Shown: in pieces, positions 63,458-64,000 of the stretch
How the letters are laid out: each line of letters starts with the position of its first letter
Numbering within the stretch: position 1 is the first letter of the stretch
Source: an uncultured Actinomycetes bacterium
GTDB taxonomy: Bacteria; Actinomycetota; Thermoleophilia; Gaiellales; JAICJC01
DNA length: 64,000 nucleotides
Assembly: GCA_963809205.1 (NCBI GenBank)
Contig: CAWEIS010000025.1
Span: forward strand, 248,896-312,895
Reading direction: 5' to 3'
Made by a program: the position numbers and the translations under genes
The notes under the pieces: generated by a model
Told to the model about the DNA's origin: nothing
The model's database searches: none
What the model saw: only the letters and a program-made list of their open reading frames with translations

Positions 63458-64000
63458 GTGTCTAAAACGCTGACCGCCTACACCTGCTCGTCCTGCGGCC
63501 ACCAGAGCCCGAAGTGGATGGGCCGGTGCACCGAGTGCGGCGAGTGGAACACGCTGGTCGAGGAGGTCGTCCGTGCGGCGCCGGGCCGCAGGCAGGCCGC
63601 CGCCAGGGCCGAGGTGCGCCCGCTGTCGGAGGTACCGACCGATCGGGCCGCCCGTATCCCGACGGGGCTGGGCGAGCTCGACCGGGTGCTCGGAGGAGGG
63701 CTCGTGCCCGGGTCGCTGGTGCTGGTCGGCGGGGAGCCGGGCGTCGGCAAGAGCTCGCTGCTGCTGCAGGCGCTGGGCGCCATCGGCGCCGCCGGCATGC
63801 GCGCGCTGCTCGTCAGCGGCGAGGAGTCGCCGGCCCAGGTGCGCCTGCGGGCGGAGCGGCTGGGCGTCACCGATCACGTGCAGGTGCTGGCCGAGACGGA
63901 GCTCGACGCGGTCTGCGACGCCATCGCGCTGGAGCGGCCGGATGTCGTCGTCGTCGACTCCGTGCAGACCCTGCACTCCGCTGACCTGTCGTCGGCGCCG
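63458..64000 (+). CDS. radA: DNA repair protein RadA/Sms, N-terminal part (cut by window edge)
   Basis: Zinc finger YTCSSCGHQSPKWMGRCTECGEWNT and Walker A LVGGEPGVGKSSLLLQ. Confidence 0.92.
   Translation, partial: MSKTLTAYTCSSCGHQSPKWMGRCTECGEWNTLVEEVVRAAPGRRQAAARAEVRPLSEVPTDRAARIPTGLGELDRVLGGGLVPGSLVLVGGEPGVGKSSLLLQALGAIGAAGMRALLVSGEESPAQVRLRAERLGVTDHVQVLAETELDAVCDAIALERPDVVVVDSVQTLHSADLSSAP

Overview
High-GC (roughly 70% by eye), gene-dense, actinobacterial-type chromosomal segment. I found no rRNA, tRNA, CRISPR array, transposase or integrase. A housekeeping backbone runs on the + strand: tilS-hpt-ftsH ... folP-folB ... folK ... coaX ... greA-lysS ... clpC ... radA. From memory this is colinear with M. 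tuberculosis Rv3625c to Rv3585. Accessory blocks interrupt it. (1) A left flank with a hydantoinase end, a clpS fragment, archaeal-type proS, clpS-ctaG-nitrilase, an acyl-CoA dehydrogenase/hydrolase/quinone reductase operon, two tandem GAF-GAF-GGDEF cyclases, and deoD, a lipid kinase and a thioesterase. (2) A 6.4-kb block between ftsH and folP where folE is expected: NAGPA-like secreted protein, a repeat-bracketed cupin, a TMADH-like flavoprotein coupled to a non-Pyl MttB-family methyltransferase, and a CPBP protease. (3) A response regulator plus a small membrane protein wedged between folB and folK. (4) A roughly 17-kb block between coaX and greA: an HpaB-like/RidA/DUF1028/copper amine oxidase operon, a CGNR regulator, a double-FtsX/double-NBD ABC system, a PhyH/cupin/PadR/APC module, YihY, cytochrome c, PAS-GGDEF and dus. 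(5) A PTS-dependent dihydroxyacetone kinase locus between clpC and radA. Non-coding structure includes a 27-34 nt palindromic repeat family with compensatory stem changes, GTGCCNGGCAC palindrome arrays, a shared operator-like palindrome at both dha promoters, and many -10-like hexamers 6-9 nt from start codons. At least 10 frame disruptions and one in-frame stop hit otherwise conserved genes, which means either assembly indels or real gene decay. I did not find a convincing new multi-gene system. The most unusual items are the MttB/TMADH pair, the clpS-repeat-bracketed proS, the palindromic repeat family and the fused ABC system.
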